Shown: positions 46,990 through 56,455, counted from the first letter of the stretch. The stretch is DNA of 64,000 nucleotides from an uncultured virus (IMG/VR IMGVR_UViG_3300044641_005543) (IMGVR_UViG_3300044641_005543), one strand, 5' to 3'. The notes: generated from the sequence alone by a model not told the origin. Translations and numbers: made by a program.

Positions 46990-49659
46990 TTACTTAACTA
47001 AACTACCAATTTGCTTTCTAAATGCTTCCACATCATTTAGACTTGTTAACCATGTTTTAGTATTACCGCTGTAGTAATGCCTGTCATCAAGTTGTTTAAT
47101 CGGTTCATTTGAACCAGATAGTTCTCTTAGTTCGCCAGACACGGCACGACTACCAACAATATACTTCAAAACGGGATTGTTGTCAAGTTCGGCTTTAATA
47201 TCTTTTCTAACATCTTCCATTTTGGCAAGATTATATTTCTTTGAAACATCTGGCTTAATAATAGCAAGACACTCCTTCATCATATCTTCGTTATGAATAT
47301 ACATTCTACTCTGAATATATGATACCAAAGAATTATATGCAATATTACTATTACGAACCTTCTGACTATCAAGACCATTGATCCCAATATCACTTAATAG
47401 TTTTGTTATGTGACCAAAATAATCGGCCGCCTTGAATCGCTTGATATCAAAAGAAGGACGATGAACAGTATCAACAAAGAACTCAATAATTAGACAATAA
47501 TTGATAGCATCAACTAGTTTCTTATTACTGATATGTTTCTCATAGTCCAAACCAAAAATATTAAGCATATGAAAAGTAAATTGCTTTTCCAGAGTACCAT
47601 ATCCATAGTAAGTGTCGCTATTCTTAGCAGAATAATTATTCTGAGTTCTGCTAAATTCAACAATACCATTGTATTCTGACAACTTGTTCAGACTATCTTT
47701 GGCAACTCTTTTGAGTTGCTTCTTGAAGAAAGTATTAAAGTCAATCAGCGTATATCCCTGCTTCTTGAGTTTATCGACAAAAGCACTCTTGATAGCATAA
47801 ATCTTATTAGATCCAAACAAATCCTTGACTAATGATGTTGCAGTAACATCGTTTATCATTAGGTTCAAATCAGAAATTGATGGATATTCATTAGAAGCAC
47901 TAGCATAGCGAATGATTGGAACATAAATAATCTCATCACTATCTTCAAAAGCCTCTAATTCATCTTCTGTCAAAACCCTGAGACAAGGAGCATCGTTATA
48001 AGGATTGCTAATTTTGCCGCTATCCTTAGATTCTCCATAGATAAAAAATACATCTTGGTCACTAACAGCACCATTAGAAGATCGACTACTTTGCTTACGA
48101 GGATTATTACTCTTAATCAAGTCCTTGTAGTCAGAAACCTTCTTGATTTTGTCAGCACCAACATCAGAGATAAGATCGTCAAAACCTTCATCTGCCTTAG
48201 TATGATCCTTGGTATCAATCATTAGATACGCAAAACAATTATTGTCGTTGCAATATCTAGTAACGATCTTCTTTGCTGTTTCTTCTGTTTTAATATCGCA
48301 AACAAAGAATGACAGTTCGCCCGTCTTTTTCTGACTATTCCAATAGTATTCCCCCTTACCAGTAAGAGTATTGTGATGAATACTGTTTGTCTGATAAACC
48401 ATGCGACGAGAACGATAGCCAGCAGTACGATAATTAAAAACGTACATACTCTTTCCGGCAGGAATTTTATATTCTAGATCCTGTCCAGAATTAATATTGT
48501 GCTTCTTACCCTTACTGTCAGTCCATTCAGCACCAACTCCCCAACCACCAGCAAGATCGTTAAGGGTATAATAAAGCGTGATTGCTTCTACCTTGGTTTT
48601 GGCAGCAGCGATTTTCTTGCTAAATTGTTCCTTCATCTCAAGATAAATCTCTTGAGTCTTTTCACGCAAGGTTCTAATTACATCTTTGGTATACTGCAAA
48701 CCTTCTCTGGAAACGTCCATTTCAAGTTCGCCAATACCAAAGTCAAGTTCAAGATAAAGATTCTGGTTAATAATCTCATTAACAAAACTTTTCCAACTGT
48801 CAATATCGGCCTTTTGAAAAGCACGATTCCAACGCTGAATAGCATCATTAGTGGTTTGCTTATCCTCACCAACAATCTGACTAGCCTTAACGGGGTACGC
48901 AATATTGCCCATTAGTGCAACAATGCCACTATCAATATGGTGATGAACATTAGGATAATAATTAGTATCATTATTCAGGCGGCAAACTCTCCAACCATCA
49001 CCGCTCAAGATGATGTTTTTATTGCTATATTTATGATCTTTTAGATTAGTTAGAACACCACCCTCAATAATAGGCTTCATCTTAAAGTAATGGAAAATAC
49101 GCATAGACTTGCTACTAAATTCAGCAAAGTCATACTGCTTTACAGCAAAACTAATCTCAAGACCATTAGGTTCGTCGGTTTCGCTGACACTAAAAAGATT
49201 CAGAGTAGGAACGCCACTATCATCAATAGCAGCAACATAAGTATACTTTTGTCCATTGTAATAAGAACTAGTAGTAAAACTCTTGGTATACGCAAAAGGA
49301 CTCTTAGAACCTAGACCAAGACAACCAACAAAATCGTTACTAGTATTCTTATTACTAGCACCATAGGTTGTATAAAGATTCTCCATATCGGCCTGACTAA
49401 GACCAGTGCCATAATCACGCACCACAAAATTAGGATTACCAGCACTAGGCAATACTACCTTAAAAGGATTCTTATTACCAGCAGCAATATGACTGTCATA
49501 AGCGTTAGTGGACAACTCACGAACAACTGCCATCACCTTGTCAGAATAAAGAGAGTCTGACAAAATCTTAAACATTTTACTGGTTTGGGCGATAGTGAAT
49601 CCTGCTTCACTCTTAACACCAGCACTGTGAGTCTCAACCGTCCTGTCTGCCAACTTCAT
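46990..49659 (-). CDS. rIIA: rIIA-like protein (N-terminal GHKL ATPase)
   Basis: LYSDK, RELSTNAYDSH, RDYGTGL, GCLGLGSKSPF, SREGLQY. Confidence 0.85.
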   Translation of the reverse strand: MKLADRTVETHSAGVKSEAGFTIAQTSKMFKILSDSLYSDKVMAVVRELSTNAYDSHIAAGNKNPFKVVLPSAGNPNFVVRDYGTGLSQADMENLYTTYGASNKNTSNDFVGCLGLGSKSPFAYTKSFTTSSYYNGQKYTYVAAIDDSGVPTLNLFSVSETDEPNGLEISFAVKQYDFAEFSSKSMRIFHYFKMKPIIEGGVLTNLKDHKYSNKNIILSGDGWRVCRLNNDTNYYPNVHHHIDSGIVALMGNIAYPVKASQIVGEDKQTTNDAIQRWNRAFQKADIDSWKSFVNEIINQNLYLELDFGIGELEMDVSREGLQYTKDVIRTLREKTQEIYLEMKEQFSKKIAAAKTKVEAITLYYTLNDLAGGWGVGAEWTDSKGKKHNINSGQDLEYKIPAGKSMYVFNYRTAGYRSRRMVYQTNSIHHNTLTGKGEYYWNSQKKTGELSFFVCDIKTEETAKKIVTRYCNDNNCFAYLMIDTKDHTKADEGFDDLISDVGADKIKKVSDYKDLIKSNNPRKQSSRSSNGAVSDQDVFFIYGESKDSGKISNPYNDAPCLRVLTEDELEAFEDSDEIIYVPIIRYASASNEYPSISDLNLMINDVTATSLVKDLFGSNKIYAIKSAFVDKLKKQGYTLIDFNTFFKKQLKRVAKDSLNKLSEYNGIVEFSRTQNNYSAKNSDTYYGYGTLEKQFTFHMLNIFGLDYEKHISNKKLVDAINYCLIIEFFVDTVHRPSFDIKRFKAADYFGHITKLLSDIGINGLDSQKVRNSNIAYNSLVSYIQSRMYIHNEDMMKECLAIIKPDVSKKYNLAKMEDVRKDIKAELDNNPVLKYIVGSRAVSGELRELSGSNEPIKQLDDRHYYSGNTKTWLTSLNDVEAFRKQIGSLVK

Positions 49660-49701
49660 TTTCTTCTCCAATATGTTTCGTTATCGACCTGTGATTAGCG
49701 T

Positions 49702-49729
49702 ATCATACCATACTGTTATCGGTTGTCAA
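49702..49729 (-). promoter_or_regulatory. sigma70-type promoter for rIIA
   Basis: TTGACA-16nt-TATGAT, CGAT in the spacer. Confidence 0.7.
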
Positions 49730-49967
49730 GCCTCGCGTCTTTAGATTTTGTTGCAAGGTACGCACAATATATCGGCAATAATCCTAGCCAGCGAATAGGC
49801 GTAACAAGAGTTAATATCCACCATAATCCATATATCGCACAAAATATAGATAAGAATTGAATTATAATCTTTGGAAAAATATTGAGTTTATTTATTAGTA
49901 GTAATAATGGGCCAAACAATATCATACCCAAGAATATTATTGTAACTAATAATGCTAAACTAGCCAT
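49716..49967 (-). CDS. small membrane protein
   Basis: three hydrophobic segments. Confidence 0.55.
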   Translation of the reverse strand: MASLALLVTIIFLGMILFGPLLLLINKLNIFPKIIIQFLSIFCAIYGLWWILTLVTPIRWLGLLPIYCAYLATKSKDARLDNR

Positions 49968-50278
49968 TAACTTTCATCTTCTCTACTATTCCAATCATCA
50001 TCTTCATCTGGAACCCATGTTTGATCAGTATCATAATCTTCTTCAATATCTTCTGATTCGTCCAGCATTATGGTGAAACTATTAAGTATTTCTAACATCA
50101 AATCAACTTTATAACCAATATCTCTAACTTCTTTTTTAATTTCACTAATATCTTTAAGTAATTTATCTTGATCTTTTTTTAGTACACATATGTCTTTTGC
50201 ATTTTCTACATCTTTTTTATATAGATCCTTATGAGATTGATCAATTTTCTTACGGATATCATCAAAATCTCGTGACAT
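49967..50278 (-). CDS. coiled-coil hypothetical protein
   Basis: 103 aa, AGGAG SD. Confidence 0.55.
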   Translation of the reverse strand: MSRDFDDIRKKIDQSHKDLYKKDVENAKDICVLKKDQDKLLKDISEIKKEVRDIGYKVDLMLEILNSFTIMLDESEDIEEDYDTDQTWVPDEDDDWNSREDES

Positions 50279-50288
50279 AATAGGCTCC

Positions 50289-50600
50289 TTATTTTAGTTT
50301 TTTATACTCTTTTATGTCGCCATTCTGGATAATTTTAATATCTTCATATGGAGCAGCAATTCTTCTATAGAATTCTTGTTTCACATTTTCTAATACACCA
50401 GTAATCATAGCGATCTTATTATATGATGGTTGTTCCATTAAGCCCGATAATATACGAGAAAAACAATAATTTATTCGACCTAAATAAATACTAAAGTCGT
50501 GCGGATTATTCAATGAATGTTTAATATCACGAATACAAAGGGTTAATTGGTCAATACAATGATCTAACTCTAGCCTATCATCTTCACTTATATATGGCAT
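50289..50600 (-). CDS. conserved phage hypothetical protein
   Basis: MPYI...G.INY...GVLENVKQEFYRR..APYED.KI..NGD. Confidence 0.65.
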   Translation of the reverse strand: MPYISEDDRLELDHCIDQLTLCIRDIKHSLNNPHDFSIYLGRINYCFSRILSGLMEQPSYNKIAMITGVLENVKQEFYRRIAAPYEDIKIIQNGDIKEYKKLK

Positions 50601-50609
50601 AATATTCTC

Positions 50610-51137
50610 CTAGCATTTACAATTATATTTTGAACAATATCCGCATCTAGGCCCAGGATCAACATTCCCCCAAGCATTAGCATTACCATCAAAACTTTCT
50701 TTGCCAGTGTCAATACAAACTAATTTTTTAGAGCGGCCTCTTTTTACTAGGCCCACATTATACCAATGACAATCCCAAAATTTTAAACCAGTTTTTTCAA
50801 GAATATCATCAACTAAATTCTGAATTTCTTTCATACTAATAGTAGTATTGGCTTTACAAGTTTTAGCATATTCTGTTATAAATCCCCAATCACTACTTTC
50901 ATAAAATATGACGCCCTCTTCTTCTGCAAAATTTAATTTGCAAACTTTACTAAATATTTTTGGGGCAAGGTCGAATTTGGCTAATTTTTTTTGAATAGAA
51001 TATGCTTCACTGGCTTTCTTTTTGTTTCTAAACTCTTTAAATACCGAACCTTTGTGATTTTTAATAGGATATACTTGGCAGCATCCTCCCTCATCAAACC
51101 AATCACTATAATCAATTTCAAATTCAGTATTTATCAT
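50610..51137 (-). CDS. minimal protein-kinase-like protein
   Basis: EGGCCQVY glycine loop, VFK lysine, DCHWYN catalytic loop, IDTG. Confidence 0.6.
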   Translation of the reverse strand: MINTEFEIDYSDWFDEGGCCQVYPIKNHKGSVFKEFRNKKKASEAYSIQKKLAKFDLAPKIFSKVCKLNFAEEEGVIFYESSDWGFITEYAKTCKANTTISMKEIQNLVDDILEKTGLKFWDCHWYNVGLVKRGRSKKLVCIDTGKESFDGNANAWGNVDPGPRCGYCSKYNCKC

Positions 51138-51138
51138 T

Positions 51139-51465
51139 TTACTCTGTCGTTTCTATAATAGAATTACCCATAATAGATTCAGCAATTAATATTGCTTCTT
51201 TAAGACTAAATGTTTCGCTAATCTTCAGAGTATTTCGTGGAATATCTATCCAATAGGAGCCATATACTCCATAAAAAGAATCGCCTTTGTCTGGATTATG
51301 AAAAAGAAAATCTTCGTAAGTATTAAATGAATCGGTATAATATTCGCCGTTTTCATCCTGTTTCTCGTATACCGTATCCACAATTAAAAATCTAAAATTA
51401 GGATGTTTAGGATTCTTAGGACTATGAACTATGCCACGATAAAATTTATTTGGCAGAGCGACCAT
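51139..51465 (-). CDS. hypothetical protein
   Basis: ATG preceded by GGAGAGG. Confidence 0.5.
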   Translation of the reverse strand: MVALPNKFYRGIVHSPKNPKHPNFRFLIVDTVYEKQDENGEYYTDSFNTYEDFLFHNPDKGDSFYGVYGSYWIDIPRNTLKISETFSLKEAILIAESIMGNSIIETTE

Positions 51466-51742
51466 ATTGGTATCCTCTCCAATCATCTTTTAGAAATTCT
51501 TCTCTATTAGAATATAGAGGAACAACAGTATCTTGGTTTAAATATGGATTATGATTAATGCTCAATCCATACAGATCATGTTTGTCATTAATCCTGCCAT
51601 ACGCAACAATTTTAAAAGAGCCTAATTTTTGTCTTAGTTTTTCTAGTTCGTCTTTAGCATTTTGAACTGTGAATAGTTTTGGTACAAGACCTTGTTCAGT
51701 ACAATTCAAAACATAGTCTAATGGATCAGAATATTCGTTCAT
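51446..51742 (-). CDS. hypothetical protein
   Basis: 98-aa operonic ORF. Confidence 0.5.
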   Translation of the reverse strand: MNEYSDPLDYVLNCTEQGLVPKLFTVQNAKDELEKLRQKLGSFKIVAYGRINDKHDLYGLSINHNPYLNQDTVVPLYSNREEFLKDDWRGYQYGRSAK

Positions 51743-51957
51743 GAAACAAATCCGATTTTGGTTTTCTCAACTACTGTAACTTCTAGTTCGTTTGGTGCAA
51801 AATGTTCAGTGGAATAACTACGACCATTCCACCAACCACACTTATACGAGATACTATTGTCAGCACTAATAGTAGCACTAACTATAGTTCCATAAACATC
51901 ATCAGTCAACTTAACTTTACTGCCGATCTTATATAGTTCCAGAGAATTTTTACTCAT
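51739..51957 (-). CDS. small SH3/KOW-like hypothetical protein
   Basis: YKIGSKVKL...G.I...Y.C.WW...EL. Confidence 0.5.
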   Translation of the reverse strand: MSKNSLELYKIGSKVKLTDDVYGTIVSATISADNSISYKCGWWNGRSYSTEHFAPNELEVTVVEKTKIGFVS

Positions 51958-51992
51958 GATTGTATCCTTATAGAATTAAGTTAATCAATAAA

Positions 51993-52065
51993 TAGGAGTG
52001 GTGGGAGTCGAACCCACACTTGAGGCATTTTAAGTGCCTTGACTCTGCCTTTGGTCTACACTCCC
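51993..52065 (-). tRNA. tRNA-Leu(UAA), short variable loop, CCA not encoded
   Basis: GGGAGTG/CACTCCT acceptor, A73; AGGCA-CTTAAAA-TGCCT; T arm GTGGG-TTCGACT-CCCAC. Confidence 0.9.
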
Positions 52066-52072
52066 ATAAAAA

Positions 52073-52150
52073 CAACCGACTACAAAAACCATTGACTTGA
52101 GGTTGATTATCTTGTTGTGCCTCTGTCATTTAAATTCTTGTAGCCGATTG
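52073..52150 (-). ncRNA. 78-nt structured RNA hairpin in a 3' UTR
   Basis: 16-bp basal stem with three G-U pairs (minus strand only), inner TGAC/GTCA and GAGG/CCTC stems, followed by a U-tract. Confidence 0.7.
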
Positions 52151-52172
52151 CCTATTGGTTTTAAAAACCCTC

Positions 52173-52454
52173 TCAGCCGTTAGCGTGAGCCTTTAGGCGA
52201 CGAACAAAGTCGGCCATAGCCTCAACATTATCCACTGTCTTAGATGGCTTCGCACGTTCCATAGTTGGTAGTTCTTCACCCTTCTTAGCAAGAGCCGCTT
52301 TAGTACGAGCAAAACGAGCCATTGTGGTAGCAACCTTCTGACCCGTCTTGCTGGCAATTTCAGCATAAGTCTTAGACGAAAAAACAGCCTCAAGAAACTG
52401 CTCATCAGAGCAACGAACACGCTTCTGCTTCTCAACAATATTTACATCAGCCAT
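52173..52454 (-). CDS. 93-aa basic HTH-like protein
   Basis: SKTYAEIASKTG..VATTMARF; GGAGG SD; visibly higher-GC codon usage (GCT/CGT/AAG). Confidence 0.7.
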   Translation of the reverse strand: MADVNIVEKQKRVRCSDEQFLEAVFSSKTYAEIASKTGQKVATTMARFARTKAALAKKGEELPTMERAKPSKTVDNVEAMADFVRRLKAHANG

Positions 52455-52531
52455 AATCAACCTCCAATTCAATCCAAAATCCACAAAACAGTACCGATCA
52501 CGCGATCAGTTCAACCCTGCTTTGTATTACC

Positions 52532-52559
52532 ATTGTATCCTGTAGTATCGTCTTGTCAA
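52532..52559 (-). promoter_or_regulatory. sigma70-type promoter
   Basis: TTGACA-16nt-TACAAT, CGAT in the spacer. Confidence 0.7.
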
Positions 52560-52582
52560 GACCGCAACTTGAATTTTTAAGT

Positions 52583-52786
52583 TCAAACAGTCTGAATTTC
52601 ATGTTCTTCTAAATCATCTATAATCTTTTTCAGATTTTTATTTTCATTTTCTAATATTGATATGATTTCTCTAGCCTTTTCCAGAGCCTTATGAAGATGA
52701 TACACCTTATTGCTTAATTCATCAGCAACATAATTTTTCATTATCATATCTATCTCCTTTTGAGTTAGCGATATAATAATATACAC
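52583..52786 (-). CDS. coiled-coil hypothetical protein
   Basis: short ORF; internal AAGGAG SD suggests a later start. Confidence 0.45.
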   Translation of the reverse strand: MYIIISLTQKEIDMIMKNYVADELSNKVYHLHKALEKAREIISILENENKNLKKIIDDLEEHEIQTV

Positions 52787-53067
52787 TATATATTGTTAAG
52801 AAATACTTTTAATTCATCTATTTGATTTTTGTGCAATATGATTTGATCGGTATATGGTTTTCCGTTCTTTAGTATTTGATAAATGTATCGTATTTTTTGC
52901 CAAAGAGACATTTTAGAAGAAATCAAAGAACTAAATACTGATAGTTCTATCATCTTAAATGTTGCATCATAGTCTATAACTAAAACTTCACTATGACAGT
53001 CACATCGTATGAAAAGAGTTCGATAGTTATTTATTTTTTGGTCTTTTTTTACCAAAGATTCGTTCAT
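52786..53067 (-). CDS. hypothetical protein
   Basis: FIRCDCHSEVL motif. Confidence 0.5.
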   Translation of the reverse strand: MNESLVKKDQKINNYRTLFIRCDCHSEVLVIDYDATFKMIELSVFSSLISSKMSLWQKIRYIYQILKNGKPYTDQIILHKNQIDELKVFLNNI

Positions 53068-53137
53068 AGTTTTTTTCCCATGTTTTTTGATCTACGCTTT
53101 TTGGTCTTTGTTTAGAACCCTTACCATTTTGGCTCAT
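53027..53137 (-). CDS. 36-aa basic phage peptide (not in ORF track)
   Basis: translated by hand: MSQNGKGSKQRPKSVDQKTWEKNYERIFGKKRPKNK; GAGG SD. Confidence 0.55.
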   Translation of the reverse strand: MSQNGKGSKQRPKSVDQKTWEKNYERIFGKKRPKNK

Positions 53138-53139
53138 AA

Positions 53140-53844
53140 TTAGTCCTCAAGAACAAAACTCCAATAACGACTATCTTCTTTCTTTTGCAAATTATCCCAA
53201 TACAAGCAGCGGGCAATATATGATGGAATTTTTTGCTTGCCGCAATTTACCACCCAGTGACGTTCAGCCTTTTTATAAATGGTTGAGCCACTCTTACTCT
53301 TATTATATTTCAAATCTTCCATATCGTAAAGGCGAAGCATATGAACATCCAAACACAATGCTCTGGCCTCATTAGGATGGATCATTTCTAAGGCAAAACT
53401 AACCTTAGCCAAACCAATGCCACTAATTTTATTTACAATAGAATCACGCTTCTTAACATGACCCTTCTTGGAGGTAAAATAAAAGTCTTTAGGATTAGCC
53501 CAAAACTTACTAGCAAAGTCCCAAATATATTTTGTACGATTATTGTGTAGGCCAACACCACTCTTATGCAATTTATCTCTCAGAATATTTTCATTATCAA
53601 TCCACTCATTAAAATTCTTAATAGCATTATATCCCTTAACATTACCTTGCCAAGTGGTATGAACGCTGGTATATGCAAAGAGATAACGACGAAAAATATC
53701 TTCAACATTCTGAGGACGAACACTCTCCCAATATTCTCTATATGCTACAACCTTATCTTTGGGGAATGTAGAGAAGAAAATATCGGCCTTACTCTTGCTC
53801 ATTTCAACAGTATTATTTTCGGCAACAGTGTTCAAAACAATCAT
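53140..53844 (-). CDS. HhH-GPD DNA glycosylase/AP lyase (OGG-like)
   Basis: HhH ISGIGLAKVSFAL, catalytic LDVHMLR, Y..AE. Confidence 0.75.
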   Translation of the reverse strand: MIVLNTVAENNTVEMSKSKADIFFSTFPKDKVVAYREYWESVRPQNVEDIFRRYLFAYTSVHTTWQGNVKGYNAIKNFNEWIDNENILRDKLHKSGVGLHNNRTKYIWDFASKFWANPKDFYFTSKKGHVKKRDSIVNKISGIGLAKVSFALEMIHPNEARALCLDVHMLRLYDMEDLKYNKSKSGSTIYKKAERHWVVNCGKQKIPSYIARCLYWDNLQKKEDSRYWSFVLED

Positions 53845-53874
53845 AAAAACTCCAATGTTAGCGATGATGCTACG

Positions 53875-53903
53875 ATTCTACACTACGAGTATCGTCTAGT
53901 CAA
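53875..53903 (-). promoter_or_regulatory. sigma70-type promoter
   Basis: TTGACT-17nt-TAGAAT, CGAT in the spacer. Confidence 0.65.
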
Positions 53904-53914
53904 TACGGTAGACT

Positions 53915-54619
53915 TTAGTCAAATCTATATGGTTGAGACTTGTCCCATATCTGTTGATATCCAACCATATTTTCTGTTTTCCATTGAGTAGAATTATTAA
54001 TTTCATTAATATAGTGATTAGATAATTTATATAAATGTATTTTACTTCTATCGCTATTATATCTATTTGATATTTTTCTAATTTTATACATATCAGAAAT
54101 TATATCTAAAATAGCCTCTGTATATTCAATTAAATCTTCATATCGAATAAAAATATAATTATCTACTAAATATGGCATATACAGGTATAAAAATTGTAAT
54201 TTATTAGATCTCATATCAAAAATATCTTGATATTTCTCTTTTGTATACCAATGAGAATCACAAAATTTGTGATAATCAGATAAACCTCTGGCAGATTGCC
54301 AAGGTTTAATATCTAAAATATTGGATGTATCTAAATGATATGGAGTTTTTTTCATACCTCCTATCCAATTGTAAATATTTCTAACAATGCCTATAAATAA
54401 AGTATTGTGTGCTGTATTTAAATTACTCCATTGAGAACAACCAAAAAAATGCTTATGACCATAATCCCAAGTGATTGGAATATGAAATACATCTTTGATT
54501 AATTTTTCTACCCAATTAGTACCAGAATGTCTTTCCCCATAAATAGTAAAATTTTGGATGGAATAATTATCTATTGTAGAATAGAATTGGTTATATTTAA
54601 ATAGTTCTATTGCAACCAT
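53915..54619 (-). CDS. sulfotransferase-like protein
   Basis: GERHSGTNW, GHKH, IVRNIYNW, IRYEDL. Confidence 0.7.
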   Translation of the reverse strand: MVAIELFKYNQFYSTIDNYSIQNFTIYGERHSGTNWVEKLIKDVFHIPITWDYGHKHFFGCSQWSNLNTAHNTLFIGIVRNIYNWIGGMKKTPYHLDTSNILDIKPWQSARGLSDYHKFCDSHWYTKEKYQDIFDMRSNKLQFLYLYMPYLVDNYIFIRYEDLIEYTEAILDIISDMYKIRKISNRYNSDRSKIHLYKLSNHYINEINNSTQWKTENMVGYQQIWDKSQPYRFD

Positions 54620-55910
54620 GAAGTATTTTAAATGTTGGAAATCTTAGACTAATACCACCATCTTGGTTTTTGGTTTCCTCAAAATACTGGACTGTGATAA
54701 TCTTTCCAAGAATCTTTTTAGGATGCTGATAAAATTCTTGTCTTTGGTCAATAGCGAAACCGCTACCAACCCTAACAATATGTTCCTTATGCTTAATCAT
54801 CACACAAGATAGCATAGTTTCTTCATGCTCTCGACCATTCAAGACATATCTAAATGGCCCCATTTCAACATCAACAACCTCATACTCGTCATCAAAAAAC
54901 TTCTTAACTTTCAGAAGGTCTTTGCTACGCTTGCCCTTATATGGCTCGTCTGCTCGCAGCATTATTCCTTCCCAACCATAATCAGCGGCTTCTTTAACCC
55001 ACTCTTGAAAATGTTCGTCATTATGAATCAGTTCTTGTTCCAGCAGAGTAAGGCATGGACATTCGTTCTTGCTCATAGTCTCTGTCAGATTCGCCAAGCG
55101 AATAGAATACGGACGATTCTTCTCGCCCTTCTTGCTATAAAATTCATCGTGCGTAATCATATCAAAAATCTTAAAAGATGGATTAGGAATAGTATGATCC
55201 TTCTTCTTTAGTTGTTTCATCACTCCCTGAAAGTCCTCATTACCATCATCATCAACAAGACAAAGTTCTCCATCAAATACTACATTAGTAATGTTAAGAG
55301 CCTTAATACCATCCCTAACGATGCCAAGAGTATCAAACTCTTTTCCCGTGCGGGAATAGAAGGTAGTATCACCATTACTATCAACAATCCCAATACATCT
55401 AGCACCATCAATTTTTCTGCTAACATACCAGCCATCCTTCCAATCTACCAGTTTAGGCTCGTACTTATCTGCCAGAGCAACACTAAACTCTGGAATATGG
55501 TCAGGAATAGCCTTGTTGATAATCTTGTCACCAGCACGGGTTTTCAAATCCTTGTCGATAATACAATGAATCAGTTCCTCGTATTCAGAGTAGTGTTCGA
55601 TAAAACTATTCACAGCAGAGATAGCATCATGTCCAGTAATCTTTCGACTCTTTAGAGCATCCAACAAATCAAAGAAATTTTTATATTCGTTCTTTCTGGC
55701 TACAAGATGATTCTTCTTCTTCAAATTATCGCTGGTCACATTATATTGCCACAACGGATGATAAGTATAAAGTAAAATATTTTTAGTGAAAGATGCTGCG
55801 GCACTGTTATGTCCGCAATAATCCAAAATAATTCCTTCCTTATCTTTAGTGCTGCTCGTAGCACGAAGATCACGAACCATTCCCATAACATAATTAAAAT
55901 CGTGAATCAT
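54597..55910 (-). CDS. ATP-dependent DNA ligase
   Basis: KIDGAR, FDGEL, FDMI, WEGIMLR, LLKVK, LRFPTF. Confidence 0.93.
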   Translation of the reverse strand: MIHDFNYVMGMVRDLRATSSTKDKEGIILDYCGHNSAAASFTKNILLYTYHPLWQYNVTSDNLKKKNHLVARKNEYKNFFDLLDALKSRKITGHDAISAVNSFIEHYSEYEELIHCIIDKDLKTRAGDKIINKAIPDHIPEFSVALADKYEPKLVDWKDGWYVSRKIDGARCIGIVDSNGDTTFYSRTGKEFDTLGIVRDGIKALNITNVVFDGELCLVDDDGNEDFQGVMKQLKKKDHTIPNPSFKIFDMITHDEFYSKKGEKNRPYSIRLANLTETMSKNECPCLTLLEQELIHNDEHFQEWVKEAADYGWEGIMLRADEPYKGKRSKDLLKVKKFFDDEYEVVDVEMGPFRYVLNGREHEETMLSCVMIKHKEHIVRVGSGFAIDQRQEFYQHPKKILGKIITVQYFEETKNQDGGISLRFPTFKILHGCNRTI

Positions 55911-55935
55911 CCAAAGTTTCTCCTGTATTTAGCGT

Positions 55936-55964
55936 AGTATACCATACGCTATCTGTATTGTCAA
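55936..55964 (-). promoter_or_regulatory. sigma70-type promoter for the ligase
   Basis: TTGACA-17nt-TATACT. Confidence 0.7.
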
Positions 55965-56338
55965 GTATCGTCAATACGGGTCTTGCTTCTTAAATTATTT
56001 ATTTTAGCAGCAAGTAAATAGTTCATGGCTTTCGTGATACTCTCAAGAGTATCTCCTAATTGTCCTAGTCCCCAATTGCAGTTTTCACAAATCCATCCTC
56101 TGAAACTATTATCATCATGATCATGATCTAAACACCATTTATTCTTAAAAGGAATTCTTCCACAGCATTGACAAACATCTGGTTTTGGTGGTGCTTCTTT
56201 ATGAAGTTGATTTCTCAATCTAGAATGTTTTTTGAGACATTGTTTGCATCGTGTATCTAATCCATCAACACGATTTTTATGTTTAGAAAAAGATTTTTTA
56301 TTTTTTCTTTTTCCACAATAAATGCAAACTTTTCTCAT
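55961..56338 (-). CDS. endonuclease VII-type homing endonuclease
   Basis: CQCCG...LDHDH...FRGWICENCN..LG..GD. Confidence 0.8.
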   Translation of the reverse strand: MRKVCIYCGKRKNKKSFSKHKNRVDGLDTRCKQCLKKHSRLRNQLHKEAPPKPDVCQCCGRIPFKNKWCLDHDHDDNSFRGWICENCNWGLGQLGDTLESITKAMNYLLAAKINNLRSKTRIDDT

Positions 56339-56455
56339 TTATGTTTCTTGAGTTGTTTCTTTAATTTTTTTAGATATCTATCTTCTGCTAATTCTTCAGG
56401 ATTTTTCTTTTCCTGCTTACGCAGTTTTTTATATATCTTTTTCCAGAAACTCATA

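Noticed and set aside
52073..52150. SRP (4.5S) or 6S RNA identity for the hairpin
   Set aside because: It lacks the SRP GGAA tetraloop with its conserved internal loop and is far shorter than 6S RNA.
54825..55655. Two consecutive plus-strand ORFs opposite the ligase
   Set aside because: Antisense shadows of a codon-biased gene with no motif; the same applies to 9873-10436, 48499-48915, 53566-53991 and 59689-60111.
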